Assembly (NCBI GenBank): GCA_051362555.1
Contig: CM120642.1
Location: 23,374,001-23,438,000 of the forward strand
DNA from: Lingula anatina
Lineage: Eukaryota; Animalia; Brachiopoda
Direction: 5' to 3'
DNA length: 64,000 nucleotides
Shown here: piece by piece, positions 49,879-64,000 of the stretch
How the letters are laid out: every line of letters starts with the position of its first letter
Numbering within the stretch: position 1 is the first letter of the stretch
Notes under the pieces: model-generated
What the model saw: only the letters and a program-made list of their open reading frames with translations
Database searches by the model: none
What the model was told of the DNA's origin: nothing
Program-made: the position numbers and the translations under genes

Positions 49879-62576
<12,698 letters not shown>

Positions 62577-64000
62577 GTAGGCTGGGTGCAACTGGGTTAT
62601 ACACGTTTGGTTTATCATTCAGAATAATTACATGGTGATGGCACAAATTCTTTTTATGATCAAACAAGAATCAGTTCAATTTCAATGGCTCTTGGTTGGT
62701 TAAGGTCTGTTGGTTTTCACTATTCAATCATTCGACTCTAAGTTCTTTACTTTATTCAGCAAGGCAAGTGGTAAGGTGACTTTAGGTTATAGTCACTGTC
62801 TGAGACACAGCCAGCCTTGGTTTTTATCATCCTTTTACATGCTCGGGCTATTATAATCTCCGTGCTTTGAAAAAGTGCATGATTGGTTGATTGATATTTA
62901 CAGATTTCCTAGTATTTTGCCATGATTCAAGAAGGATGTTGATAAAACTGTTCCTTCACATATTTTGAATAGAAATGGTTGCTGGTCTTCTATGGTTTCT
63001 AGTTTTCTTCTTTGAAAGAAGAATGTTTGGTTCAGTCCCTACCATTAGGTTTGGCATTCAGAGTCATTTATGGTGTGAAAACCACCTGTCTGGTGTTTGC
63101 TGTGGTTAACAATCTAGTCTTGTAAATAGTTCTCATTCAGTCAGTGTGCCGCTAGATAAGAACAGAAACAGGCGAAGTAATTTTACATCCATTAATAAGT
63201 CGGTATGAAGTTCTAGTAAAAAAAAAAATCCACTTTGAGGCCGCTTTTCAACTTGTAGTATTGGGTGTTGGAATATTTATTGGAATTTTTAACAAGGATA
63301 AATAGATGGTGCTGCTGCTGCGAAAGGTGATTGCTCCTTTTTTTCGCCAGTTTCTTTCATTAGTCATATTTTAAAAGACTTCAGTATCTCTCCCTCTCTG
63401 CATTTCACTTCCTTGAAGTCATAGACTTACTATCTTGCTGCCAGATAGTAGTTGCTATGCTGTTGATGCAGTGGACATGGTCTCATATATGTGCTTGGTG
63501 GACACAGCTCTGTACTGTTTAGATCTGTCTTGCTTACTTTGCAACAACTCTGTAGATGTGCACCCTTTTACTCTGCTTTTTTATATTATGAATATATATA
63601 TATTTGAAATAATTAGAGCATTTTTTTAATTTCAGCAGAGCAGGAGTGATTTGCTTTATCTGTTTGTGTTGTCCCCGCTTTTATGATTAAACTTAAAGAT
63701 TATTTTGCTTGCAGAAGTAGAAATGATTTTTTGTTGATTTAAAAGGACATGTTTATGATTAACGAAATCTGTTTATTGATGAATCATTTGCAATATTTCA
63801 GTGCACAGCGCATACATTTTTATACGATCAAGCTAGATATCTCCAGTAATTTCTTCTTCATTCACCACTATAATTGCAAATGCACTTGCTTTAATTAGAC
63901 TTATAATTGTGATATAGTTTTGAATAGTTTGAAAATGTGATGAATGATTTTGAAAATCATACAGCAAAGCAAAGGTAATAATTATCCACAGTTGATTAGT

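Overview
AT-rich, intron-rich eukaryotic genomic DNA, most consistent with a lophotrochozoan invertebrate such as a mollusc (inferred from gene families and repeat types, not verified). (1) The minus strand carries an 18-coding-exon gene (39743->2685) that I spliced by hand with consistent phases. It encodes a ~3,400-aa protein: an N-terminal FEN1/XPG/Asteroid/FAM120-type PIN-like nuclease domain, a complete DEAH/RHA RNA helicase (motifs I-VI plus HA2), and a 6.7-kb last exon with about eight LOTUS/OST-HTH-like winged-helix repeats. The gene has a 1-nt frameshift at the PIN EAD motif and one GC-AG intron. (2) Three paralogous 4-exon genes lie nested antisense in its 15.6-kb intron. They encode secreted proteins: signal peptide, coiled coil, N-x-T plus furin site, and a Cys-rich 'short-chain collagen C4-like' domain without collagen repeats. 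kappaB/ETS/AP-1-like motifs lie upstream. (3) GPCPD1 (CBM20 + GDPD) is transcribed divergently on the plus strand from 49879 and runs off the window. (4) Many non-autonomous DNA elements are present: two Helentron/HINE-like elements with internal 146-bp and ~161-bp arrays, a Merlin-like MITE containing a nested IS3EU-like MITE with convergent CTCF-like motifs, several Harbinger-like MITEs, and microsatellites.
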